The position numbers and the translations under genes were made by a program. Below are positions 17,223-26,442 of a DNA stretch of 64,000 nucleotides, in pieces. Location of the stretch: the IMG/VR virus record IMGVR_UViG_3300013104_000001, positions 62,001 through 126,000 of that record. One strand, written 5' to 3'. Position 1 is the first letter of the stretch. Every line of letters starts with the position of its first letter. The notes below the pieces were generated by a model, which was not told the DNA's origin, did not search any database, and saw only the letters and a list, made by a program, of their open reading frames with translations.

Positions 17223-19478
17223 ATGAAATTAAAATCGCTTGCCGTTTCCGTTATTCTGTTTACAGCCGGAGCGAACGCTTCTCTGATCAATCTCGATCTG
17301 GGAATCCTGAACTCCACCGTCAACAAAACTACCGGTGACGTTACCGCCCTGAAAGAAACTACCGCGCTGCACACGCAGCAGATCGGTCAGCTGAATACCG
17401 GCCTGAACAACCTGAACACCAAAGTCGACACCTCTGTCAGTTACTTCAATGGTGAACTGGGTAAAACCAACTCGGCGCTGAACAACACCAACCTCAAAGC
17501 TGGCCAGGCATTCGACATCGCAGTCGAAGGTCGTGCAACGGCTAACAACGCACTGGCTACCTCTTACGGTAACGTTGCGGCAATCAACAACCTGGGCGCA
17601 AAGCTCAATGGCGAAATCGATGCGCGTGTTAGCGCTGATGACGCACTGAACGGTCGCATTGACAATCTGTCCACGTCTACGGCGAATGCCACCACAGCGC
17701 TGGATGGTAAGATCGACGCATTGTCTGCCGCAGGGACCGCGGCGATCGGGGCGGTTGACGGTAAAGTCGATACCCTGAATGGTAAAGTCAATGACCTGGC
17801 TGCAACCGGCGTGAAAGTTGCCGGTCAGCTGAATGACAAAATTGACGCTGGCGATAAAGCGCTGAGCACCCGTCTGGATTCGGCCATTGCTAATGCGCAA
17901 GCAGATAGCAAAGCGCTGGGTAACCGTGTTGATGTCGCACAAGCAACTGGCACTGCAGGCGTGGTACTCGGTACTGTCGCTAACCTGAAAGTAGATGCGC
18001 TGGGCGCAAAAGTGGATGCAACCACTAAAGCGCAAGCGGGCGTGAACAAATCTGTTGATGGTCGTCTGACTTCTGTTGAAGGCAAAACTGCACAAAACAG
18101 CAAAGATATCAGCGGTCTGAAAACTGGTCTGGCGACCACCAATACCAACGTGGGTAATCTGAACACCAAAGTGGACGGTGCGATTGCTACTCAGGCAGGT
18201 ATCAATAATCAGGTTCAACGGCAGTTCGGTGAAACAGGTGAGCGTATCGGTCGTACCGAAACTCGCCTGGATACAGCTGAAGGCGCGCTGCGTGATCAGG
18301 GTGATCATCTGAATGCAGTTGATGCACGTTCACAAAACAACGCCGTGCGTTTAGACGGTGTTGAAGGTGGTCTGCGTGAAACTAACGATCAGATGACCAA
18401 AGATCGTACCAACATCAATAACCGTGTAGACGGTGTTCAGTCACAGGTTGACAAAAACACCAACGACATTGTTAACGTTGGTAACGTTGCGAACGAAGGC
18501 TACAACAAAGCAGTGAACGCACAGAACACTGCTGACGTTGCAGTCGGTCTGGGTCAGAAGGGTATCAACGACGCCTACAATGCGCAGCAGACTGCTAACG
18601 CAGGTGTTGCCATCGGCCAGGATGCGAAGAACACAGCAATCAATGCGCAGAACACCGCGGATGTCGCTGTAGGCATGGGCCAGAAAAATGGCAATGACAT
18701 TGTCAATCTCGACAATCGCGTAACCACGAATACTGGTGCGATTCAAAAGAACAGCAATGACATCGTTAATCTGGATAACCGTACCACATCCAATACCCAG
18801 CAGATCCAGCAAACGCGGAACGATCTGGTTAACACGAACAATGTGCTGACTCAGAACGTGAAGCAGACTCAGTCTAACACCAACCGCATCACCACGGCTG
18901 AAGGCACCATCGCAACGCATACCTCGCAGATTGCGAACCACGAAGGTCGTATCACAACCAATGAAAACAATATCACTAAGAACACCAGTGATATCAAAGA
19001 AACTCAGACGGTTGTGAACAATCAGGGTAAAGTGATTAACAATCACGAGACGCGTATCACTAACAATGAAACGAACATCTCTAACCTGAGCAACGACTAC
19101 TACCAGTTCCAGGATATCTACAACCAGAACAACCAGATCATCAACAACAACATCAATAACTCTTCTGCCCGCACTCTGCAGCAGTCTAAGAGCTATACTG
19201 ATCAGCAAGTTGGTAACCTGCGTAACGAAGTGAACCGTAACAAAGATGAAGCGCGTTCCGGCGTGGCTTCTGTTGCGGCGATGGCTAACATTCCACAGGT
19301 GGCTGGACAGACGTTTACTGTTGGTGCAGGTATTGGTCAGTATAAAGACAAGACTGCATTGGCCGTCGGTGGCGTGTGGGCAGTAAGCCCTAACGTTGCT
19401 GCTAAGACTTCTATCGGCTTCTCTTCTGGCAGTGGTTCTGATGTAGTTGCTGGCGCCGGTCTTGGCTTCGGCTTCTAA
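17223..19478 (+). CDS. YadA-family trimeric autotransporter adhesin
   Basis: signal peptide MKLKSLAVSVILFTAGANA, long Asn/Thr-rich coiled-coil stalk, anchor GVASVAAMANIPQ…GAGLGFGF with terminal Phe. Confidence 0.9.
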   Translation: MKLKSLAVSVILFTAGANASLINLDLGILNSTVNKTTGDVTALKETTALHTQQIGQLNTGLNNLNTKVDTSVSYFNGELGKTNSALNNTNLKAGQAFDIAVEGRATANNALATSYGNVAAINNLGAKLNGEIDARVSADDALNGRIDNLSTSTANATTALDGKIDALSAAGTAAIGAVDGKVDTLNGKVNDLAATGVKVAGQLNDKIDAGDKALSTRLDSAIANAQADSKALGNRVDVAQATGTAGVVLGTVANLKVDALGAKVDATTKAQAGVNKSVDGRLTSVEGKTAQNSKDISGLKTGLATTNTNVGNLNTKVDGAIATQAGINNQVQRQFGETGERIGRTETRLDTAEGALRDQGDHLNAVDARSQNNAVRLDGVEGGLRETNDQMTKDRTNINNRVDGVQSQVDKNTNDIVNVGNVANEGYNKAVNAQNTADVAVGLGQKGINDAYNAQQTANAGVAIGQDAKNTAINAQNTADVAVGMGQKNGNDIVNLDNRVTTNTGAIQKNSNDIVNLDNRTTSNTQQIQQTRNDLVNTNNVLTQNVKQTQSNTNRITTAEGTIATHTSQIANHEGRITTNENNITKNTSDIKETQTVVNNQGKVINNHETRITNNETNISNLSNDYYQFQDIYNQNNQIINNNINNSSARTLQQSKSYTDQQVGNLRNEVNRNKDEARSGVASVAAMANIPQVAGQTFTVGAGIGQYKDKTALAVGGVWAVSPNVAAKTSIGFSSGSGSDVVAGAGLGFGF

Positions 19479-19489
19479 GTTATAAAGTC

Positions 19490-19522
19490 AGGGACCTTCG
19501 GGTCCCTTTCTTTTTTATGTCT
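19490..19522 (+). terminator. intrinsic terminator (TTATGTC variant tag)
   Basis: AGGGACC-TTCG-GGTCCCT + T tract. Confidence 0.8.
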
Positions 19523-19606
19523 ATTTGTAGAAGTGGACAGAATAAAGAAGTTCTATACTCCCGCTGACCAAACAAAGTGTCGGCTAAACAAAGAAGAGGT
19601 AGTATC

Positions 19607-20320
19607 ATGCATATCGTAGAATCCAAAGTTGTACGTCTGGATAAACTCGCTGAATTCGCTAACGCCAATTTTGATCGCGAACCTGGCCAGCAATTTAATC
19701 TACCGTATAGCGTTGAGATTGATTATTACGAAGATCTTAAGACGGGTCATCAGTACACGCTGGCACTGAGACAGATTGGTAGTGACGGCCTTGTAAAAAC
19801 CCTGTACAGGACAGCTAAATTACCGAACGCCTTTGCCCGTGATAAGTTTGTCAAAATTGAAAACAGTATGGCGGGATATGGTCCTGGTATTGAACTTCTC
19901 GGTATGGCTGCGTGGTATTGGTTGCTGACTAAAGATAACCAGAACGGTCGTGAGCTTGGTATCGAGATCGCTACAAAAGCATGGGATGCTTGGACATTGG
20001 TCACTGCTATCATTGATGGTTCTAAAGCACGCGACAAATTCCAGCAACATGGTTTTCTGTGCCCTGGTGTTATTTTTGACCAAGCCATTCTGTGCGCGTC
20101 TATTCCTGGCGATCCATCCGTTTGGTTAAAGCGCATGACCGTAAGAAGTCTCGGTAATGTAAATATCGTATCGCGTTGGACATTCGTCAAAGTGTACCAA
20201 GGTAATCATGATCTCTTCCATGAAGAGAAACATGCAATAATGCAAACAACTAGTTTGCATCAGGAACCGGCTTCTGCTGAAAAGATTTTGAAAGCCAAGG
20301 CCTTCCCTTTTAATCCGTGA
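19607..20320 (+). CDS. hypothetical protein
   Basis: GAGGT RBS, ATG 19607. Confidence 0.7.
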   Translation: MHIVESKVVRLDKLAEFANANFDREPGQQFNLPYSVEIDYYEDLKTGHQYTLALRQIGSDGLVKTLYRTAKLPNAFARDKFVKIENSMAGYGPGIELLGMAAWYWLLTKDNQNGRELGIEIATKAWDAWTLVTAIIDGSKARDKFQQHGFLCPGVIFDQAILCASIPGDPSVWLKRMTVRSLGNVNIVSRWTFVKVYQGNHDLFHEEKHAIMQTTSLHQEPASAEKILKAKAFPFNP

Positions 20321-20327
20321 GGTTGTT

Positions 20328-20759
20328 ATGGTCATCCCTGTAAATCCATTACAGTTGTATTGGTGCGGATGGCAACATCCTAACACCGTTGTAGTGCCGT
20401 TGCAGTATCCTCCTAATCCGAACATCCTGGCATACTGGACTACCGGTGCAGGTGAGCTCTGTGACGCGACCACACATTGGCAGCATATCCCGTTCAGTAC
20501 TTATACGGGGATTATTGCAGCTGAGAATGAAATCGCAGCGCAGATGGTAATCCAGGCAGAGTTCCCAAGTATGGGCTTGCGGTTCATCCGAGTATTCACT
20601 CCAAGTGATATTCAAAATGAACAGTTCGCATTGTCTGATATGTCGTGGTCATCTATGCGAGTTAACCACTTCATGCAGACTCGTCAGTTACTTGATCGCC
20701 ATGCCGCCGGATTCTACGGGAATGGTTGGTTCGCTGTCACCTATTTGAAAGGACAGTAA
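20328..20759 (+). CDS. hypothetical protein
   Basis: GAGGT RBS. Confidence 0.7.
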   Translation: MVIPVNPLQLYWCGWQHPNTVVVPLQYPPNPNILAYWTTGAGELCDATTHWQHIPFSTYTGIIAAENEIAAQMVIQAEFPSMGLRFIRVFTPSDIQNEQFALSDMSWSSMRVNHFMQTRQLLDRHAAGFYGNGWFAVTYLKGQ

Positions 20760-20766
20760 CATGCTC

Positions 20767-20800
20767 AAGAGGGAGGCTTCGGCTTCCCTCTTTTATTCCG
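20767..20800 (+). terminator. 3'-end hairpin + TTATTCCG variant
   Basis: AAGAGGGAGGC-TTCG-GCTTCCCTCTT. Confidence 0.75.
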
Positions 20801-20833
20801 ATCTTTTATTTTTTGATTGCAATAAAAGTTAAA

Positions 20834-20851
20834 CCTACATTACCAATGTGA
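20834..20851 (+). promoter_or_regulatory. putative phage-RNAP (early) promoter
   Basis: CCTACATTAC-caat-GTGA. Confidence 0.7.
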
Positions 20852-20888
20852 TAGGCCTGATCAATTAAACTTACCTAGGAATGTAATC

Positions 20889-21632
20889 ATGGTTACAGCA
20901 CGTAAGCAATCCGAATCACTCGGTGAACATCGTGAGGCATTTGATGCCCGTAACAAAGACCTCAAACCGAATGAACATGAGAAAGGATGGAGTGAGCAAA
21001 TTCGTCCCGTTGATAATGCAAGAGTTCAGGAAATTGCCGAATGGTTCGCGAACAGCGAATCGCAGTATCACCTCAGTACGCTGAAGAACTATGCGATTGG
21101 TATCACCAAATCAACTGATCCGCGTTGGAAGCTACAAACTGCTTTCAATAAGTTGTCTAAAGCGATTGGTTATCAGAGTTACAACGATTTGCTTGATTAT
21201 GCTAAAGCTAATAGCCATGTAATAACCAATCGCTTATTTGACCCTAAAAAGAAAGATAAGCGACAGTTAGTATTTTGGAAAAATAACTCGGGAACATATT
21301 GCGCAACATTAGTTGACCAAGGTGTTAGTATCGAAGGGGTAGTTGTATTTGCCCGCAATAAGACGGCAAAGAAAACTAATAGAAGAAACAAAATTGCAGA
21401 GCATAATCTTAGCATACAAGAACTAGAGCGCTTGGTCGGCGCTACCCCCAGTTATAGTCGTAAAGAATTTAATCTGGTACGTAATGAGCTCGTAAGAGCA
21501 ATGACTATTGCTAAATACCCCGACAGATCTCCTGGACTGGCAATTAAAATGGTATTGCAATGGATCGGTCAACCGAGTATTGATCTATTTGATCAATACG
21601 AAATATTACCTAATCGTAACTTCAAAAAGTGA
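20889..21632 (+). CDS. hypothetical protein (paralogue of 11190..11855)
   Basis: MVTARKQSESLGEH; IGYQSYNDL motif. Confidence 0.75.
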   Translation: MVTARKQSESLGEHREAFDARNKDLKPNEHEKGWSEQIRPVDNARVQEIAEWFANSESQYHLSTLKNYAIGITKSTDPRWKLQTAFNKLSKAIGYQSYNDLLDYAKANSHVITNRLFDPKKKDKRQLVFWKNNSGTYCATLVDQGVSIEGVVVFARNKTAKKTNRRNKIAEHNLSIQELERLVGATPSYSRKEFNLVRNELVRAMTIAKYPDRSPGLAIKMVLQWIGQPSIDLFDQYEILPNRNFKK

Positions 21633-21639
21633 GTATACA

Positions 21640-22110
21640 ATGAGCGAAATTAAATTTAAAGATGTGCGTTATTACGATGTTATCAGTCAGGGGCAATTAG
21701 CCGCAGGTAAAGTAATCCTGTTAACACTTAAAGGTCACCAGGCTGGCGTAATGACACCGGTGGTGCAGTGGGCGAAAGATAACCTGCTGGGCGCGTTCGT
21801 GGTGTACGGCACTGTTGACGATATGACCACCATCCTTGATGACCTGCCGGCGACCAATCAATCTATCGCCGTAGTACTGACCGGTGCAACATTCCCTGTC
21901 ACTGAAATCATGCATTGGGCACGCACTAACAACGTAACTGTGTTCCTGGCCCATGACGCGAATACAATACTGCCACGGTATCAAATACTGTTACCAAGCT
22001 GCGTCGTTCAGTTGACTTATGATCACACTGGGCGTGTTGCTAACGCAACGACTATTCGTAATCAGGAACTGGCAACAGGTTGGGTAGTTGACTTTACTGA
22101 GGATAAGTAA
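21640..22110 (+). CDS. hypothetical protein
   Basis: ATG 21640 in ORF 21508..22110. Confidence 0.65.
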   Translation: MSEIKFKDVRYYDVISQGQLAAGKVILLTLKGHQAGVMTPVVQWAKDNLLGAFVVYGTVDDMTTILDDLPATNQSIAVVLTGATFPVTEIMHWARTNNVTVFLAHDANTILPRYQILLPSCVVQLTYDHTGRVANATTIRNQELATGWVVDFTEDK

Positions 22111-22593
22111 ATGCCTGGTATAAAAGGAGGGGATGATATCGCAGGCCTTGCTGAATTAAAGCTTGGTCTCGTGACAATCATCGATCGATTGGAAAGTCTG
22201 TACTTGCAGGCTAAGCACGATCATACGTACCACACTGATGCAGGGCGTTTGCTTGAGGGCACGCCAGGTATCATGCTGGAGATCTGGGATGCGATCATTA
22301 CCGCTTATGACGAAGGTCCAACTGATTTCAGTAATGGCTGGCCTGATCGGTCATTAGCAGAAGCGACTAAAGAATGCATCGAACGCATGCGCAGCGAGTT
22401 CGGTCCATTCGGTTACGCCTCATCAAATATCGTTGAGCGTGATGGTGTGACACTCAAACCTAAGGCGTTTAATGACTTACGTTTGAAGATCATTGAAGAT
22501 CATCGTCCGGTTGACATGCCTATTCAGTTAGACATGTTTGTAGAACAGGTCGTTAAGTCGATCACTCATTTCAGCAGCATCAATCCAATTTAA
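22111..22593 (+). CDS. hypothetical protein
   Basis: GAGGA RBS. Confidence 0.7.
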   Translation: MPGIKGGDDIAGLAELKLGLVTIIDRLESLYLQAKHDHTYHTDAGRLLEGTPGIMLEIWDAIITAYDEGPTDFSNGWPDRSLAEATKECIERMRSEFGPFGYASSNIVERDGVTLKPKAFNDLRLKIIEDHRPVDMPIQLDMFVEQVVKSITHFSSINPI

Positions 22594-22614
22594 CCAATTT
22601 GTAGGAGTATCATC

Positions 22615-23223
22615 ATGGAACCACGTCACCTCGCAGCAATCGTTGTTGGTATCGGCGCACTGTTATTCAGCACGATTATGATCATCGGCGCTGTAATCGC
22701 CCGTAACCAGTTCCGTTACGAAAGCTTTAACAAAACGCGTTATGAGAACATGCTCAAAATGCACATGGTCGATCACCACAACCAGGTGATGTCTGACCTC
22801 AGTGATATCTTCACTCGTTATCTGCTGTTGCGCAAAGGTAACTACCATGACACTGGTATTGTTATCGAAGCAATGACCGGGACAGTGAAAGGTCAGTTAG
22901 AATCAATCATTGCTCACTTCAACCACGAGCTGACGAACTTTGAACTGTATGACCAGATCAAAGGCCTTGCTTTCGTACCTGATGTAACTGCACATATCCA
23001 GAGCGATCGTGTTGCCTTTACATTGAACCGTACTAACGGCAGTGATCTTCAGTTCACACTGTGCAACCCGAATTACTTCGGTCCAATGTTAGCCGCGGAG
23101 CTTGATCAGTATCGCAGCAAAATGGGTTGTCGTGTTTATACTCGCAGTCATCGTAAGTTCGAATCACTACCACAGACTTATTTGACTATGGTAGGCGCTG
23201 GATTCGGCAAAGGCGCGCGTTAA
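22615..23223 (+). CDS. N-terminally anchored membrane protein
   Basis: AGGAG RBS; N-terminal TM. Confidence 0.75.
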   Translation: MEPRHLAAIVVGIGALLFSTIMIIGAVIARNQFRYESFNKTRYENMLKMHMVDHHNQVMSDLSDIFTRYLLLRKGNYHDTGIVIEAMTGTVKGQLESIIAHFNHELTNFELYDQIKGLAFVPDVTAHIQSDRVAFTLNRTNGSDLQFTLCNPNYFGPMLAAELDQYRSKMGCRVYTRSHRKFESLPQTYLTMVGAGFGKGAR

Positions 23224-23237
23224 TAAACCAGATCAAT

Positions 23238-23269
23238 AAGGGGGCTTCGGTCCCCTTTATTTTTTGCCG
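23238..23269 (+). terminator. intrinsic terminator (TTTTGCCG variant tag)
   Basis: AAGGGGGC-TTCG-GTCCCCTT + T tract. Confidence 0.75.
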
Positions 23270-23328
23270 TAACAGTAAATACGTACAGATCGACTAAATC
23301 TTTTAGTAACCACATATCAGGAACTATC

Positions 23329-23637
23329 ATGCCAAAACCTAAGCCAAACCCAGTTGTTCATCATGCCTTACAAGTCATCGCAACGACGTACCCTAAAGTT
23401 GAGGTGGTTTCTATTGATGGGCTTGTTGCCTGCTTTGGCACGTTAAAAGATGGTAAGATTGAAACGACCCATTTTGGCGACCTTCCTGAATACACGGAAG
23501 GTAATATTAAAAAGCTGTATAATGCCAAATGGTCACAGCGTCAACTTGCATACCTTTACGGTACCTCTCAACCTCAGATCGCGAAGATGTTAAAATCTCG
23601 TGAAACTACCGTTCCTCATCGACTGAAAGGTTATTAA
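23329..23637 (+). CDS. putative HTH DNA-binding protein
   Basis: WSQRQLAYLYGTSQPQIAKML HTH pattern. Confidence 0.65.
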   Translation: MPKPKPNPVVHHALQVIATTYPKVEVVSIDGLVACFGTLKDGKIETTHFGDLPEYTEGNIKKLYNAKWSQRQLAYLYGTSQPQIAKMLKSRETTVPHRLKGY

Positions 23638-23638
23638 C

Positions 23639-23929
23639 ATGAAATGGCACGAACGCATATTGGAAAGTTGGGTACTGCGTGGGATGTTTACTGGCATGGT
23701 CACTATGTTCATATCGGGCATGTTGATTAAGTTCTGGTCTCTTGCGTTAAACCTGACGTTGTTCATCTTTGCGTGTGTGATCGTTTTCAATCTGCGTGAG
23801 TTCATTAGCGACTCCCATGCAGGTACAACTAACAAACATGATTTCGTCGGCTGGGTAGTCTGGACTGTCGCTATGGCGTTAGCATTATCATCCGGCGTAA
23901 TCTCCCTTTATATGCAGGGTAAACTTTAA
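23639..23929 (+). CDS. small multi-pass membrane protein
   Basis: three hydrophobic segments. Confidence 0.65.
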   Translation: MKWHERILESWVLRGMFTGMVTMFISGMLIKFWSLALNLTLFIFACVIVFNLREFISDSHAGTTNKHDFVGWVVWTVAMALALSSGVISLYMQGKL

Positions 23930-23938
23930 GAGGCATTT

Positions 23939-24526
23939 ATGTTAAGTAAAAAGCTCTCGACCCAATTAAGTATTTATCTTTCTTTGGTTTTACGTCACAA
24001 GCCAGAAGAGCTCGAAATCATTCTTGATGAGAATGGTTGGACGTACGTACCAACACTGATTGACAAACTCAATGCAACCGGTCGTGTCTGTGAACTGGCC
24101 GACCTTCAGCAGATCGTTGAAGAAGATGAAAAGGGCCGTTATCAGTTCGATGACGCCTTCATGTACATCCGTGCAGTGCAGGGGCATTCCCATGACAGTG
24201 TGAAGGGCATGCAGCATGAGCTCGCTACACCGCCTGCAATCCTCTATCACGGCACGCCGGCTTCTAACAGGGAATCAATCGACCGTAAAGGGATCTCTCG
24301 TCAGCAGCGTTTATACGTCCATTTAACCGATGATCGTGAACAGGCGTGGAAGTCTGCCACTCGTCGCAAAACAGACGGTATCGTGTATGCGGTTGATACA
24401 GCTAAAATGATGCGCGTGGGCATTGTGTTCTACCGTGCAGAAAACGGGGTATGGTTAACCAAACGTGTTCCTTATTCTGCGTTGCGGGTTGTTGGTTTAG
24501 ATGAAACTCCATTCCTTACTCATTAA
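23939..24526 (+). CDS. kptA: RNA 2'-phosphotransferase (Tpt1/KptA family)
   Basis: LRH.PE, DEKGRY, IRAVQGHS, LYHGT, RLYVHLT, NGVWLT. Confidence 0.92.
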   Translation: MLSKKLSTQLSIYLSLVLRHKPEELEIILDENGWTYVPTLIDKLNATGRVCELADLQQIVEEDEKGRYQFDDAFMYIRAVQGHSHDSVKGMQHELATPPAILYHGTPASNRESIDRKGISRQQRLYVHLTDDREQAWKSATRRKTDGIVYAVDTAKMMRVGIVFYRAENGVWLTKRVPYSALRVVGLDETPFLTH

Positions 24527-24542
24527 CTAAAGGTCGTAGTAC

Positions 24543-24812
24543 GTGAAACGTAAATCTGGTAGTAGATTCATTCGTGTTACTCTTATTTGCCTGTGCATTT
24601 ATTCAGTGGGTATGTTTGGTTTAATGGCGATGTTATCCGGTACCGATGTCCATGCGGTTGCTGCTGATAACTTTGACAAAACCAGCGTCGACAATACCCC
24701 TGAGTTTATTTTAACAAATAAGAGTAATGGATGTAGATACGTCTATGATTCGGTTAAAAAGACTTCCCATGTCGAGATGGGTTACGATAACTGTACACCA
24801 TTGTCACACTAA
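24543..24812 (+). CDS. small exported/membrane protein
   Basis: basic N-terminus, hydrophobic helix, Cys pair. Confidence 0.6.
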   Translation: MKRKSGSRFIRVTLICLCIYSVGMFGLMAMLSGTDVHAVAADNFDKTSVDNTPEFILTNKSNGCRYVYDSVKKTSHVEMGYDNCTPLSH

Positions 24813-24892
24813 GGTTATTATGCATCGTGCACATCGACACTCCGAGCTGCTACGCTTGCCGCATCCCGCGGCCTGCACTCGGAGAACGAAAT

Positions 24893-25120
24893 ATGTCAAT
24901 TGCAATGAATCGTCATCACATGAAACGTTTGAAGGCTAAACGCAAGCATTACCATAACGTCGGATTGAAGCGTGCGAGCGCTAAGGCTGTAGGGCGGGTG
25001 TTACATACGCCTTGCATCTGCAGTTGTACGATGTGTGGTAATCAACGCTGGCACTGGGGTCGTCCTATTCAGGAGATCAAACAAGCAGCCCGTTTCAGTG
25101 ATACTGCAATGGATATCTAA
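24893..25120 (+). CDS. small basic Cys-rich (Zn-binding?) protein
   Basis: GGAG RBS, ATG 24893; HTPCICSCTMCGNQR. Confidence 0.7.
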   Translation: MSIAMNRHHMKRLKAKRKHYHNVGLKRASAKAVGRVLHTPCICSCTMCGNQRWHWGRPIQEIKQAARFSDTAMDI

Positions 25121-25171
25121 TCTATCGAGGGGTCATTGACCCCTCCCTAACAATCTGGGATATGTAGCGCT

Positions 25172-25534
25172 ATGAAACATACCTTTCCCCTTAATGAACC
25201 GATTGACGTTTATGTCAAAGGTGTGATGTATAAGTTCGAACCGGTATTAGGTGAGACTAAAGATCTGGCACATGACCGTTTGATTATCGTAGCCATGAAT
25301 AAAAAGGCTAAGCGAGTTGAATTCATCTGGCAGTGTCATGCTGAAGTCAGTTATGAAACTCAACGTCAGATCGAGCATAAGCTAATCAATGACGTGAGTA
25401 AATTTACTAAAGACTACGGTATGATTCGTGTGATTGACAGCGATGATCGTTCTCTTAGTCTGGCCGGCCCTGATCGTAAGGTCCATTCCATGGTCAAAAT
25501 GAATGGCCGTTATTACATGGTCAATGCTAACTAA
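25172..25534 (+). CDS. hypothetical protein
   Basis: ORF track, gene spacing. Confidence 0.65.
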   Translation: MKHTFPLNEPIDVYVKGVMYKFEPVLGETKDLAHDRLIIVAMNKKAKRVEFIWQCHAEVSYETQRQIEHKLINDVSKFTKDYGMIRVIDSDDRSLSLAGPDRKVHSMVKMNGRYYMVNAN

Positions 25535-25544
25535 AGAGGCGGAC

Positions 25545-26033
25545 ATGACTAACGACTTGAGCAGTTTCATGAAGAACACCATGAGCACGTTAACCGTTGT
25601 TCATCAGCGTATGGGTGGTTGGTTCTGTGCGTTCTTATCAGCCGAACATCATGCCGAAGCGATGGCAGACGATGCCGGCGGAAAACATGGTGATCATGAC
25701 AATTTGGAAGAAGGTCTCTTTCGCACCGATTGGTACCCGGTAGGTTTCGGTAAAACGATCCAGGACGCTATCCGTGATCTTGATGAACGTGTTACTAACC
25801 ACACCAACGCCCCGGATGATCCAAAGGGAAGTATTTATAATTACCTCTTCGATATGTTGGCCCGTCGCGCTTATCGTGAAACAGGTACTGGTCATTACAC
25901 CCTGCAGCCCGGTTTCTTCCCCGATGCTATCCCCGACTGGCTGAAGTCGTTTGATAAGATCGATGAAACCCTTATTGACAGCTATGTAGAACAAGTACCG
26001 ATTAAGCAGGATAGCGACCTGCCGGGATCATGA
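25545..26033 (+). CDS. hypothetical protein
   Basis: GAGG RBS, ATG 25545. Confidence 0.7.
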   Translation: MTNDLSSFMKNTMSTLTVVHQRMGGWFCAFLSAEHHAEAMADDAGGKHGDHDNLEEGLFRTDWYPVGFGKTIQDAIRDLDERVTNHTNAPDDPKGSIYNYLFDMLARRAYRETGTGHYTLQPGFFPDAIPDWLKSFDKIDETLIDSYVEQVPIKQDSDLPGS

Positions 26034-26131
26034 ACAATCTATGGCTTGTAGTAATGGCAGTTATCTATACAGTCGGATTGTTAACTGCCTGTGTGCTGGC
26101 GCGTATGGCTGTTTTCCATCACCTTATTTAA
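26030..26131 (+). CDS. 33-aa hydrophobic peptide (not in ORF track)
   Basis: MNNLWLVVMAVIYTVGLLTACVLARMAVFHHLI; ATGA overlap, fills the gap exactly. Confidence 0.6.
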   Translation: MNNLWLVVMAVIYTVGLLTACVLARMAVFHHLI

Positions 26132-26143
26132 GTTGGGAGGTTT

Positions 26144-26416
26144 ATGAGCAAAGGTACATTGAAAGGACTTAGCCTGGTATTAGGCTGCCTGTTAGTCGGT
26201 GCGCTAATCCTCACATTTACAAACATGGCAATGGCTGAAGAGAGACCACCTAGCTGTACATCAGCAATCACAGATAACACACTGATCACTCAGTGTAATG
26301 ACGGTACAGTCACTGTGGTCAATCAAGCAACTAACACAGTTATGGTGTGCAATTCTGCCAGGAGTTCTGACGGTACTCCGAAATGCACTACGCAATCTTT
26401 AGTTCGACCTAATTAA
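26144..26416 (+). CDS. small exported protein
   Basis: GGAGG RBS; signal-like N-terminus (AMA), four Cys in mature part. Confidence 0.7.
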   Translation: MSKGTLKGLSLVLGCLLVGALILTFTNMAMAEERPPSCTSAITDNTLITQCNDGTVTVVNQATNTVMVCNSARSSDGTPKCTTQSLVRPN

Positions 26417-26442
26417 CGTTATTCTCTTTTGGAGTAGACTAC

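Noticed and set aside
17229-19208. Long minus-strand ORFs (359 aa, 255 aa) inside the adhesin gene
   Set aside because: Antisense shadows of a codon-biased repetitive gene; no RBS or motifs.
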